From contig CACAIE010000002.1 in assembly GCA_902532475.1 (NCBI GenBank), positions 11,670 to 75,669 of the forward strand: 64,000 bases of DNA, given 5' to 3'. How positions within the stretch are numbered: the first letter of the stretch is position 1; the number at the start of each line of letters is the position of its first letter. Below the pieces are notes generated by a model that ran no database searches, was not told the DNA's origin, and saw nothing but the letters and a program-made list of their open reading frames with translations. Both the position numbers and the translations under genes were made by a program. Source of the stretch: an uncultured SAR116 cluster alpha proteobacterium. Its GTDB lineage: Bacteria > Pseudomonadota > Alphaproteobacteria > Puniceispirillales > GCA-002684695. Shown in pieces: positions 1 to 9,142 of the stretch.

Positions 1-1
1 A

Positions 2-649
2 GTTGTCGGGATAGCCAGAAGATTAAACAAGTTAAAAGAATGGAGTGATGAAACAGATGGCGAGACCTCTTATTTTGCAGCTGATGTCTCAAATAGAAAT
101 CAAATAAAAAATATTGTCGATGAAGTTGTTAAAGCAGAAGGCAGCCCCGATATCCTGATTAATGCTGCTGGCTTGAACATAAGGGAGCACGCAGACGAAG
201 TTACTATAGAGGGTTGGGATAAAACCTTGGATCTAAATTTATCAGCTCCTTTTTTTATGGCGCAAGCTGTGATTGAAGAAATGAAAAAAAGAAAATGGGG
301 TAGAATTGTAAACTATGCTTCCCTGGCAAGCAGAAGAGCATTGCCAACAAGCATTGCCTATTGCGCCTCAAAAGGTGGGGTAGAACAACTTACAAGGTCT
401 ATGGCAGAAGCGTGGTCTCCTTTTGGAATTAACGTTAACGCCATTGCTCCAGGTTTTTTTCCAACAGAATTAACTGTTCCTGTTTTTAACGATAAAGAGA
501 GAACAATACGAAATGCCAAACAAACTTGCATAGGTAGAAATGGCGAACTTCAAGACTTAAATGGGCCGTTATTATTTTTATGCTCAAAGTCGTCTGATTA
601 TGTTACTGGCCAGTTGATTTTTGTTGATGGGGGTTTCACGGCAAAATGA
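2..649 (+). CDS. SDR-family oxidoreductase, 5' end cut by window edge
   Basis: Frame is open from nt 2 (VVGIARRLNK...), so the ORF-track start at 173 is an internal TTG. Has the YCASK (YxxxK) catalytic motif, NAIAPG and a C-terminal VDGGF. ATGA overlap with the next gene at 646-649. Confidence 0.85.
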   Translation, partial: VVGIARRLNKLKEWSDETDGETSYFAADVSNRNQIKNIVDEVVKAEGSPDILINAAGLNIREHADEVTIEGWDKTLDLNLSAPFFMAQAVIEEMKKRKWGRIVNYASLASRRALPTSIAYCASKGGVEQLTRSMAEAWSPFGINVNAIAPGFFPTELTVPVFNDKERTIRNAKQTCIGRNGELQDLNGPLLFLCSKSSDYVTGQLIFVDGGFTAK

Positions 650-1641
650 AAGCTTTAGTTTATACAAGTGAAAAAAACTTAGAATTTAAAGATTATGATG
701 ACCCTGTTCAAAAAGAAGGTGAGGAGTTAGTTAAAATTGACTCAGTTGGGATTTGTGGATCAGACATGCACGCCTTTTTAGGGCATGATGAAAGAAGGCC
801 CTCACCTCTTATTTTAGGCCATGAACCATCAGGGACTATTATTGGGGGTTCTGATAGTGGGAAAAGAGTAACTATCAATCCATTAGTAACATGTGGAAGT
901 TGTAGATTTTGTAAAATTCACAAAGATAACTTATGCTCAACTAGACAGATAATCTCAATACCGCCAAGAGAGGGAGCTTTTGCTGAATTCCTATCAATAC
1001 CAAAGCAAAATTTAGTTTTTATTCCTAAAAAGATCAGCTTGGAGAAAGCTTGCTTAGCAGAACCCTTAGCTTGTGGATGGCACAGTGTAAGAATAGCAAA
1101 AGACACAATTAATAATGACATTAAAAATCTTAAGTGTCTGGTCATAGGTGGTGGAGCAATTGGAATTGGCTCTGCTTTAGCTCTCAAAGCACATGGCGTA
1201 AAAAATATTTATCTAGCTGAAACAAATTCAATCAGGCATAACTTCATAAGCAAAGCTTGCGAAATGGAAGTGTTTGACCCTAATCAAAGCAATCCAATAG
1301 AAGAAGGTGATGCAGATTTGGTTATTGATGGAGTTGGAATTCGTGCAACTCGAGAAATGGCTAGTAGGTTTGTTGCACCAGGGGGAATTATAATGCATAT
1401 TGGTTTAGGTGAAGCTAAAGATGGCCTTGATATTAAAAGAATGACCCTTCAAGAAATTACATTTATTGGAACTTATACATATACTTCACAAGACTTCAAA
1501 GATACTGCTAACGCTATTTTTGATGGTCGACTTGGATCTTTAGATTGGACAGAAATAAGACCGCTCAAGGAAGGTCAAAATTGTTTTGATGAAATTTTTA
1601 ATGGAAAATCATCATCACCAAAAATTATATTAAAACCATGA
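646..1641 (+). CDS. Zn-dependent medium-chain alcohol/polyol dehydrogenase
   Basis: GICGSDMH and GHEPSG catalytic-zinc motifs, structural-zinc CGSCRFCKIHKDNLC, and Rossmann motif VIGGGAIGIG. Confidence 0.9.
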   Translation: MKALVYTSEKNLEFKDYDDPVQKEGEELVKIDSVGICGSDMHAFLGHDERRPSPLILGHEPSGTIIGGSDSGKRVTINPLVTCGSCRFCKIHKDNLCSTRQIISIPPREGAFAEFLSIPKQNLVFIPKKISLEKACLAEPLACGWHSVRIAKDTINNDIKNLKCLVIGGGAIGIGSALALKAHGVKNIYLAETNSIRHNFISKACEMEVFDPNQSNPIEEGDADLVIDGVGIRATREMASRFVAPGGIIMHIGLGEAKDGLDIKRMTLQEITFIGTYTYTSQDFKDTANAIFDGRLGSLDWTEIRPLKEGQNCFDEIFNGKSSSPKIILKP

Positions 1642-1654
1642 GAAAGGAAAAAGA

Positions 1655-1945
1655 ATGGCAGGAATACCTCAATTACTAGTTCACGAACATCATGACAATG
1701 TTGGAGTTGTTGTTGTTGAAGGTCTTAAATCTGGGACTAAAATGCTTTGCTGCATTACAGCAGATAATTCAACTTTTGAACTTGAAGCAAAAGCAGATGT
1801 CCCAATAGGCCATAAAGTTGCTTTAAGTGATCTTAAAGAAGGTGACACAGCAACGAAATATGGAGAGGATATTGGAAAATTTATAGCCAATGTTGAAAAA
1901 GGTGGCCACGTCCACGTCCACAACTTAAAAACAAAACGCTGGTAA
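1655..1945 (+). CDS. UxaA-family dehydratase/lyase small subunit (SAF domain; SuyA-like size)
   Basis: 96 aa. [24 protein letters not shown] resembles the N-terminal SAF domain of altronate/galactarate dehydratases. Has its own stop, followed by a GGGAGG RBS and the ATG of the large subunit. Confidence 0.75.
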   Translation: MAGIPQLLVHEHHDNVGVVVVEGLKSGTKMLCCITADNSTFELEAKADVPIGHKVALSDLKEGDTATKYGEDIGKFIANVEKGGHVHVHNLKTKRW

Positions 1946-1956
1946 GGGAGGTAAAT

Positions 1957-3138
1957 ATGTCGTCACAATATTCAAATAGAACATTTATGGGTTACAAAAG
2001 AGATAATGGTCGCGCTGGAGTTAGAAATCACGTTCTAATTTTACCTGTAGATGATATATCTAACGCTGCCGTTGAAGCGGTAGGAAATAATATCAAGGGC
2101 ACCTTAGCGTTACCTCACGCTTACGGAAGACTTCAATTCGGAGAAGACTTAGACCTTCATTTCAGAACAATGATTGGAACCGGGGCAAACCCTAATGTTG
2201 CAGCATGTATTGTCATTGGAATTGAGCCAGGATGGACCAAAACTATAGTAGACGGAATTGCTAAAACTGGAAAACCTGTTCAAGGATTTTCTATTGAACA
2301 AAATGGAGATCTTAAAACCATAATGGATGCTTCACGTAAAGCAAAAGAATTTGTCCATTACGCTTCAGAACTCCAAAAAGAAGAAATCTCAATTTCAGAA
2401 TTATGGGTATCTACTAAATGCGGTGAAAGTGATACGACTACTGGTCTGGGTTCATGCCCAACAGTAGGCAATATGTTTGATAAACTTCTGCCAGAAGGTA
2501 TTTATGGCTGCTTTGGCGAGACTTCGGAAATTACTGGCGCAGAACATATCTGCAAAAAAAGAGCTGCCAATGATGAGGTAGGTGAAAGATGGTATCAGAT
2601 GTGGCAAGCATATCAAAATGATGTAATAGAACAGTTTAAGACTGATGACTTATCAGATAGCCAACCCACCAAAGGTAATATTGAAGGAGGCCTATCTACA
2701 ATTGAAGAAAAAGCCCTAGGAAATTTAGAAAAAATAGGAAGAACTTCAAAGTATATAGATATTCTTGAACCTGCGGAAGTCCCAGAATCTGGAAATGGCC
2801 TTTATTTTATGGATAGCTCTTCAGCTGCTGCTGAATGTGTAACACTCATGGCAGCTGGTGGATATGTAGTGCACACCTTCCCTACTGGACAAGGAAATGT
2901 CGTAGGAAATCCAATAGTTCCTGTGATTAAAATTTCAGCCAACCCCAGAACAATTAGAACGATGTCCGAACATGTCGACGTAGATGTTTCAGGTATATTA
3001 AAACGTGAAATGACTATTGATGAGGCAGGAGATAGTTTGATAGAGATGATAGTGAGAACAGCAAGCGGAAGAAATACTGCCGCCGAAACTCTTGGCCACA
3101 GAGAGTTTTCTATGACAAAGCTTTACAGAAGCGCGTAA
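1957..3138 (+). CDS. UxaA-family dehydratase/lyase large subunit (SuyB-like size)
   Basis: 393 aa. Shows the C-terminal UxaA/GarD pattern ([20 protein letters not shown]). GGGAGG RBS lies 6 nt upstream. Confidence 0.8.
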   Translation: MSSQYSNRTFMGYKRDNGRAGVRNHVLILPVDDISNAAVEAVGNNIKGTLALPHAYGRLQFGEDLDLHFRTMIGTGANPNVAACIVIGIEPGWTKTIVDGIAKTGKPVQGFSIEQNGDLKTIMDASRKAKEFVHYASELQKEEISISELWVSTKCGESDTTTGLGSCPTVGNMFDKLLPEGIYGCFGETSEITGAEHICKKRAANDEVGERWYQMWQAYQNDVIEQFKTDDLSDSQPTKGNIEGGLSTIEEKALGNLEKIGRTSKYIDILEPAEVPESGNGLYFMDSSSAAAECVTLMAAGGYVVHTFPTGQGNVVGNPIVPVIKISANPRTIRTMSEHVDVDVSGILKREMTIDEAGDSLIEMIVRTASGRNTAAETLGHREFSMTKLYRSA

Positions 3139-3152
3139 ATTAGGAGAGCCTT

Positions 3153-3533
3153 ATGGATAATGATTTTTTTGAAAAGGGCCTTGAAAAGAGAAAGGCCACA
3201 CTTGGAAAAGAGTATGTTGAAAATAATCTAGCGAATGCAGATGAATTCACACTTCCTTTCCAAGAAGCGATGACAGCATGGTGTTGGGGTTTTGGTTGGG
3301 GAGATGAAACGATTGACCCCAAAACACGATCGATGATGAACCTGGCTATGATTGGTGCATTAGGTAAAATGCATGAGTGGGAAATCCATTGCAGAGGAGC
3401 AATTACTAATGGAGTTACTAAAGAAGAAATAAGAGCAATTATCCATGTAGTAGGCATTTATTGTGGTGTACCTCAATCATTAGAGTGCTTTAGAGTTGCA
3501 AGGAAAGTACTAGAAGAAAAGAACATGCTCTAG
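3153..3533 (+). CDS. Carboxymuconolactone decarboxylase (AhpD-like) family protein
   Basis: 126 aa. WEIHCRGAITNGVTKEEIRAIIHVVGIYCGVPQ matches the CMD-family core. AGGAG RBS. Confidence 0.75.
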   Translation: MDNDFFEKGLEKRKATLGKEYVENNLANADEFTLPFQEAMTAWCWGFGWGDETIDPKTRSMMNLAMIGALGKMHEWEIHCRGAITNGVTKEEIRAIIHVVGIYCGVPQSLECFRVARKVLEEKNML

Positions 3534-3538
3534 AAGAA

Positions 3539-4897
3539 TTGTTGAAAGGATCTGTTTTGATTGAAAAGGTAATTTCTTTTTTAAAAGATTGTAGTTTTCA
3601 AGACATCCCTGGAGTGGCTAAAGATAATTCTATTAGAAGTTTTATAGATATAGTAGGCGTTGCTGCTTCAGCAACGCAGACAGAGCTTTCAAAGATTATT
3701 AGACAACATTGCGCATCTTATTACTTACATAACCCGAAAATTAGTAAACCATCATCGATATGGTTTGACGGACGGCTAGTAAATTCAATTGGTGCGACCC
3801 TCACAAACGCAATGACAATCGACGCTTTAGATGCTCATGACGGTCACAAACTGACCAAGGGTCATGTTGGTTGTGGTGTAACACCTTCATTAATCGCGTT
3901 CATGCAATCTGAAGGGAATATGGATCCAAAAACTTTTCTTAGTAATCTTATTATAGGATATGAAATAGGAACTCGAGCAGGAATTTCCCTACACCGAACA
4001 ACAAACGATTACCATACTTCTGGCGCCTGGATTTCTCTTGCTTGCGCTGGCATAGGTTCAAATATTTTAAATTTGAATAATTCTCAAGCCAGAGAAGCCT
4101 TTGGAATTGCAGAATACCATGGACCCAGAAGTCAGATGATGCGATGCATTGACCATCCTTCTATGGTCAAAGATGGATCAGGATGGGGGGCAATGGCAGG
4201 GGTTAATGCCGCTTACCTAGCAAAAAATGGATTTACAGGTTCACCTGCAATTACAATTGAAAATGAAGAATTATCAGACATATGGTCTGACCTGGGAAGT
4301 AGATGGTACATCAATGAACAATATTTAAAACTCTACCCAGTATGCAGGTGGGCGCAGCCTGCTGTAGAAGCAACCTTAAATTTAAAAAAAAAATACAACG
4401 TTAAGCTGAATGAAATAGATAGTATTACAATCAAGACCTTCCATGAAGCGAAAAGATTAGAGGGTAAGCACCCCTCCACAACGGAGGAAGCTCAATATTC
4501 ATTGCCGCATCCAGTTGCGGTTAGTTTAATTTTTGGAAAAATTGGCGCCAAAGAAGTGTCAGAGGAACTTATTAATAATGAAGAAGTGTCTAGTCTCAGA
4601 GAGAAAATTAATGTGACGGAAAGTGAAGAATATAATAGCTATTTCCCTGAAAAACGTTTAGCTGTCGCCATCATAAAACTAAACAACGGTAAAATTCTTA
4701 AATCAGGTCCCACAGAAGCAAAAGGAGACCCTGAAAATCCACTTAATGACCTTGAAGTAAAGAAAAAATTTGAAGACTTAACCTTCAGTGTTTTAGGAGT
4801 GGAACGATCAAAAAAAATATATGAAACAATTACAAATTATCACTCTCTTGAAAGTATGCAGGAGGTTTTTTCCTTAATTACTGAGCCAATTAATTGA
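3539..4897 (+). CDS. MmgE/PrpD-family dehydratase/decarboxylase-like protein
   Basis: 452 aa with PrpD-like layout (DALDAHDGH, YHTSGAW, LKLYPVCRWAQPA). The start is TTG at 3539 or 3542 and is uncertain. Confidence 0.75.
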   Translation: MLKGSVLIEKVISFLKDCSFQDIPGVAKDNSIRSFIDIVGVAASATQTELSKIIRQHCASYYLHNPKISKPSSIWFDGRLVNSIGATLTNAMTIDALDAHDGHKLTKGHVGCGVTPSLIAFMQSEGNMDPKTFLSNLIIGYEIGTRAGISLHRTTNDYHTSGAWISLACAGIGSNILNLNNSQAREAFGIAEYHGPRSQMMRCIDHPSMVKDGSGWGAMAGVNAAYLAKNGFTGSPAITIENEELSDIWSDLGSRWYINEQYLKLYPVCRWAQPAVEATLNLKKKYNVKLNEIDSITIKTFHEAKRLEGKHPSTTEEAQYSLPHPVAVSLIFGKIGAKEVSEELINNEEVSSLREKINVTESEEYNSYFPEKRLAVAIIKLNNGKILKSGPTEAKGDPENPLNDLEVKKKFEDLTFSVLGVERSKKIYETITNYHSLESMQEVFSLITEPIN

Positions 4898-4913
4898 ATC
4901 ATGGTGATTAAAA

Positions 4914-5976
4914 CTACTGATTGTAATACTCATCAAAAGAGTTAACCACGTAATTTAAATCGTTGTCTGATATATCGAGATGCATCACCATTCGTGTCGA
5001 AGGCAATGGCTCATTTATAATTATTCCTTTATTACTTAAAAAAGATAATAGTTTCTGACTGTCTGTTTCTTTTGGCGTGAAAAAAACCATATTTGTATTT
5101 TGGATTAATTTTTGGTCAGAACTTCCATTAGTGTATTTATTTAATTCCTTGGCCAAAAACTCAGCTCTCTCCTGATCCTCTTTCAACCTTTTGACATTAT
5201 TTTCCAGAGCGTAAATGCCAGCTGCTGCAATCACACCAGCTTGTCTCATGCCTCCTCCAAGCATTTTCCTCCATCTTCTTGCTTTTGCCTCTAATGCTTT
5301 TGGCAACAAAAGCACTGATCCTGCAGGACTTCCTAAACCTTTAGACAAACAAATTGAAACCGTGTCTGCGCAACTCGCAAGATCATTTTCATTGCAATCT
5401 AATTTTGAAATAGCGTTAAAAAAACCGGGCACCATCTAGATGCGTAGACAGGTTGTGCTTTTCTGCCTCATTTTTTGCAGCATCCATCTTATCTAAAGCT
5501 ATAGCCTTTCCCGATGCTGTGTTTTCCATGCAAACTAATGTAGAAATCGGGCAATGCGAATCATCTGGTTTTACTGCTTTAAAAATATTTTCTGGTATCA
5601 TTTCATTGTCATTTCCTGTTTCAATAGGAGCCATAGCCACTCCACCTAAAACAGAAGCTCCCGCAGCTTCATCTGTAAAAATATGATACGAGTTCCCAAT
5701 GATAATCTCTTCACCTCTTGCGCAATGAGACAGAACTGAGCATAAGTTACTTTGGGTCCCACTAGTCATCAAAATACCAGCCTCTTTGCCAAGTCTTTCA
5801 GCCAGCATTTTTTCAAGTCTATTTATACTGGGATCCTCTCCGTATACGTCATCACCTACCTCGGCGTCCGCCATGATTTTACGCATGCCTAGTGTTGGCT
5901 TTGTTACCGTATCTGACCTCAAGTCGATTAATTGGTTAGATTGATTGTTAAATTTTTTTGATAAATCATATGCCAT
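4914..5976 (-). pseudogene. ltaE: Low-specificity L-threonine aldolase split by a 1-nt frameshift in a T7 run
   Basis: The N-terminal ORF (5416..5976) ends ...HLDGARFF*. The C-terminal ORF (4914..5435) reads ...PGFFNAISKL. Removing one T from the T7 run (A7 on the plus strand, 5418-5424) gives a continuous HLDGARFFNAISKL. Threonine aldolase motifs are present (DLRSDTVTKP, GTQSNL, SICLSKGLG). Confidence 0.85.
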
Positions 5977-5997
5977 GAGTCTTTTTTACCTATTTGT

Positions 5998-6789
5998 TCA
6001 TGGTATTTCTAGGAATTTTTTAATCTCTGCAACCATAGACATAGCTGCCAATGCAGAAGACCTTGGGTTTTCAGGCAACGGAAAACCTGAAACAGTAAAC
6101 CTTGAAGTTCCAAATTTTCCAGATATTTCTAATTCATGAATATTTGTAGTGATAGAACTGTCCGCAATCAGCGTAACTTTAGTTTTGTCAAATCCAACTC
6201 CAGATAAAGCGATTGTAGCTGTAACATTTGCATTTTTAGGATACAGCTTTGCTGCGTCTCTCGCAGTGCCGGAAAAATGAGTTTCTGAACCATTTTTTAA
6301 GTTGTTTAAATCTATTATTTCCTCTGCTCTTGATCCAAGCCATCCTTTTGGAGGCTTTCTTCCAATGTAAGTAACTTCATGAATGCCCCCTTGTTTTGCA
6401 GAAGATAAAATATCAAGCGATCCAATGGCTCCAGGCGCAACTATAAACTTACCCCCACCTTTTTCTGATGATGTTTTAATTTGATCAGAGAGTTTATCGT
6501 CACATAAAGCTCCTGATGATAATGTTATAAAGTGTATACCTTTTAGCAGGGCTTTTGACGCGTATTCAATTAATGCAGAATGGCCTGCACAATCTAATAT
6601 CACATATGGAGGGTCTTTAAATTCATCTAAGGAATTAACAGTTTCTAATTTTTGGCTAAGGCTTTGCAATGCCTCATTTTCTCTTCCTTTTTTACATATT
6701 ATACTGTCAATCCTTACATTGTTTTCTTGTAAGTGTTTAAATACGTAACAACCAATTGATCCAAAACCGATAATTGAAATTTTTTTCAT
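5998..6789 (-). CDS. Aspartate dehydrogenase-like NAD(P) oxidoreductase
   Basis: 263 aa. N-terminal Rossmann motif MKKISIIGFGSIG. Length and C-terminal domain pattern resemble the NadX family. Confidence 0.6.
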   Translation of the reverse strand: MKKISIIGFGSIGCYVFKHLQENNVRIDSIICKKGRENEALQSLSQKLETVNSLDEFKDPPYVILDCAGHSALIEYASKALLKGIHFITLSSGALCDDKLSDQIKTSSEKGGGKFIVAPGAIGSLDILSSAKQGGIHEVTYIGRKPPKGWLGSRAEEIIDLNNLKNGSETHFSGTARDAAKLYPKNANVTATIALSGVGFDKTKVTLIADSSITTNIHELEISGKFGTSRFTVSGFPLPENPRSSALAAMSMVAEIKKFLEIP

Positions 6790-6808
6790 TTTTATCCTAG
6801 AACTTTTT

Positions 6809-7822
6809 TTAATCAGATAACCAGCTTGGTATAGGCAAATTTTTCTCTTTCAAAAACTCCGGGTTCCATAACTTCGTAAAATACCTAGACCCAGAATCAC
6901 ATAAAATCGTAACGATGGTCTTTCCAGGCCCTAAATGTTTGGCTAAGTGTATCGCACCGGCAACATTAATCGCACTGGATCCTCCTAATAATAAACCCTC
7001 TTCAGAATGCAGGTCAAAAATAATTGGCAGAGCTTCCTGGTCAGATACTTGAAAGGCCTTATCAATTTTTGCATAGTCTAAGTTAGCGGTAATTCTTCCT
7101 TGACCAATTCCTTCACTGATTGAATTCCCCTCTGATTTAAGTTCACCGTTTTCATAGTAGTTATACAAAGCCGATCCCAATGGATCGCTCAATCCGATTG
7201 TAATGTCAGGTTTTTGCTCTTTTAAATATCTGCTTATTCCTGCAATCGTTCCACCCGAACCCACAGAACAAATAAAACCATCGATATTTCCTTTTGTTTG
7301 CTTCCAAATTTCTGGTCCTGTTGTTTCATAATGACCTTCTTGATTTGCCACATTATCAAATTGATTGGCCCAAATAACACCTTTACTATTTTCTTTTGAC
7401 AAATCATTAGCTAGTTTTTCTGAGTACCTTACATAGTTATTTGGATCTTTGTATGGCACTGCAGGAACTAACCTTAAATCAGCTCCACAAATTCTCAGCA
7501 TATCTTTTTTTTCTTGGCTTTGAGTTTCAGGTAGGACAATCACAGTTTTATATCCTCTTGCATTAGCGCACATCGCTAAACTGATTCCTGTGTTTCCTGC
7601 AGTCCCCTCTACTATCGTTCCACCAATCTTTAAATTGCCAGACTTTTCAGCGTGCTCAATGATTGCTTTTGCAGCCCTATCTTTAACTGAGCCACCAGGG
7701 TTCATAAATTCTGCTTTACCGTAAATCTCACAACCAGTTATCTCGCTGGCATTATTTAATCTAATTAATGGAGTATTTCCTATCGCTTCAATAAACCCTG
7801 AAGAAATCAAATTCATAGTCAC
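6809..7822 (-). CDS. PLP-dependent cysteine synthase / cystathionine beta-synthase family protein
   Basis: GGSVKDR PLP-lysine motif, GTAGNTGI, and SVGSGGT phosphate-binding loop. Confidence 0.85.
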   Translation of the reverse strand: MTMNLISSGFIEAIGNTPLIRLNNASEITGCEIYGKAEFMNPGGSVKDRAAKAIIEHAEKSGNLKIGGTIVEGTAGNTGISLAMCANARGYKTVIVLPETQSQEKKDMLRICGADLRLVPAVPYKDPNNYVRYSEKLANDLSKENSKGVIWANQFDNVANQEGHYETTGPEIWKQTKGNIDGFICSVGSGGTIAGISRYLKEQKPDITIGLSDPLGSALYNYYENGELKSEGNSISEGIGQGRITANLDYAKIDKAFQVSDQEALPIIFDLHSEEGLLLGGSSAINVAGAIHLAKHLGPGKTIVTILCDSGSRYFTKLWNPEFLKEKNLPIPSWLSD

Positions 7823-8004
7823 CTCAATAAATTAATGTTACTATTTTGTGGAATATACATTAAATAAAATATTAATAAATTTTATAATCAAAGTTTTACA
7901 ACTTTTATCTTTAATCACCCAGAACAGAAAACTCTTTTTATATTCCTAAAATCAATAACTTCATAAATTGTGAAAGGATCTTCAAAATCAACTAAGATTT
8001 CAAT

Positions 8005-8998
8005 TTAATGATCCAACTTACCAAGAATATCTTCTCCCTGTTGCAGAAAAAAGTATAAAAGATCTATAAATATCCAGTTCTCTTTTAATTTATTCCCTTC
8101 CCTTCGATAAATATCTATAACACGAAACTCACATTTCTTGTCACTTGCTGGCAGTCCCAAGTAACCTCCTGTTGGCTTAGCTGTGAAATTTGGCCAACCA
8201 AAAAATCCACTATAATGTCCTTCCGCTATACGGCTTATATGTCCAGTACTCGACCTATCGCTAAGTCCCGCTCGAAAAGGACCAGAGTGTTGTTGCGCAT
8301 AACGTGAAATTGTGTAAGTAGCACCTATTCCTGCGGGTCCCCACCAGATCATATCATTATGCCAAGTTCTCGCTAACTCTTCTTCTAATGGTAAGCCACT
8401 TTGCCACGACCCAATATCACTTATCATGGAATTCATAACTTCCATTGTTTTTAGTCCTTCATTAGGATCTGTTTCATCATAAAGCAAACCACTATGCGGA
8501 GCTGGGCCTGGTTGAATTAAATGCGCAGCAGCCTGTTCTTTAAATGGCTGATAACCTGCCTGCATCATTAAATGAGGAATATCAAAATAAAATGCTGTCT
8601 CAGAGATTTTTTTCATTTTCTATTTTATGGAATTCTGCATATCGAAGCATTGCAATCTTTTTAGTAGGTTGAATATTAAGCCAAGCGTTATCAAACAAAC
8701 CCATCAAATGGCCCATAGAACAAACCCAAACTGAAGAGCCTTCATCAATGAAATTCTGACCGGCAAAAAATATATCTGTTCTTCTTTGCATAGATCTTAA
8801 GGAATAGCGTAACGGACGCCAAAAGCTTTCTACTATAGTTTTAACATTTTTTTGGATTTCAAATGGGTAAAAGGCACGCCAAATATAATTTTCATTCGTA
8901 TAAGTAAGAATCACCTTCTCCATGTCATTTTCTTCAATACTATCAAGAGCAGAATAGTATTCGCGGATAACTTGCTTTTCATTTTGAAAGTTAGGCAT
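8005..8998 (-). pseudogene. Tandem SnoaL/NTF2-like (ester cyclase family) protein split by a 1-nt frameshift in an A7 run
   Basis: ORF 8600..8998 ends ...EFHKIENEKNL*. ORF 8005..8616 starts MKKISETAFYFDIPHLMMQ. The intact paralogue at 20305..21333 reads EFYRFKGDKIIEVQALWDIPELMMQ across the same point. Removing one A of the A7 run (T7 on the plus strand, 8607-8613) restores the frame. Confidence 0.8.
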
Positions 8999-9041
8999 GT
9001 GAATAAACTATGTTTTACTAATCCTATATACAATTAAATTA

Positions 9042-9061
9042 TTTTGCATACGAATGCAAAA
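9042..9061. promoter_or_regulatory. Perfect 8-4-8 inverted repeat TTTTGCAT-ACGA-ATGCAAAA, candidate LacI-type operator
   Basis: Read directly. It is CG-centred and sits in the divergent control region upstream of the ABC operon that also encodes the LacI regulator at 14093. Confidence 0.35.
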
Positions 9062-9142
9062 AAAGCTTGAAATGAAGAAAAACATCAGGTTCTATAATAT
9101 TAATTAGAATGATTCAAAATAAAAATGTTAAGGGGAAATTAT

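Noticed and set aside
918-1187. Antisense and embedded ORFs of 60-135 aa throughout the ORF track (for example 918..1187, 3140..3457, 13511..13717, 28592..28984, 29071..29478, 31026..31370, 36218..36514, 44516..44902, 49670..50094, 57603..58022).
   Set aside because: Each lies inside, and opposite or out of frame to, a gene with strong family motifs. Their translations are Ser/Leu/Pro/Phe-rich low-complexity strings with no recognisable motifs and no RBS. This is typical of chance ORFs in AT-rich DNA.
1655-3138. The possibility that the split UxaA-family genes are another frameshifted pseudogene.
   Set aside because: The small ORF ends in a proper TAA, followed by a GGGAGG RBS and an ATG 11 nt later. 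The two-subunit arrangement (SAF domain protein plus catalytic protein) is a known natural organisation of this family.
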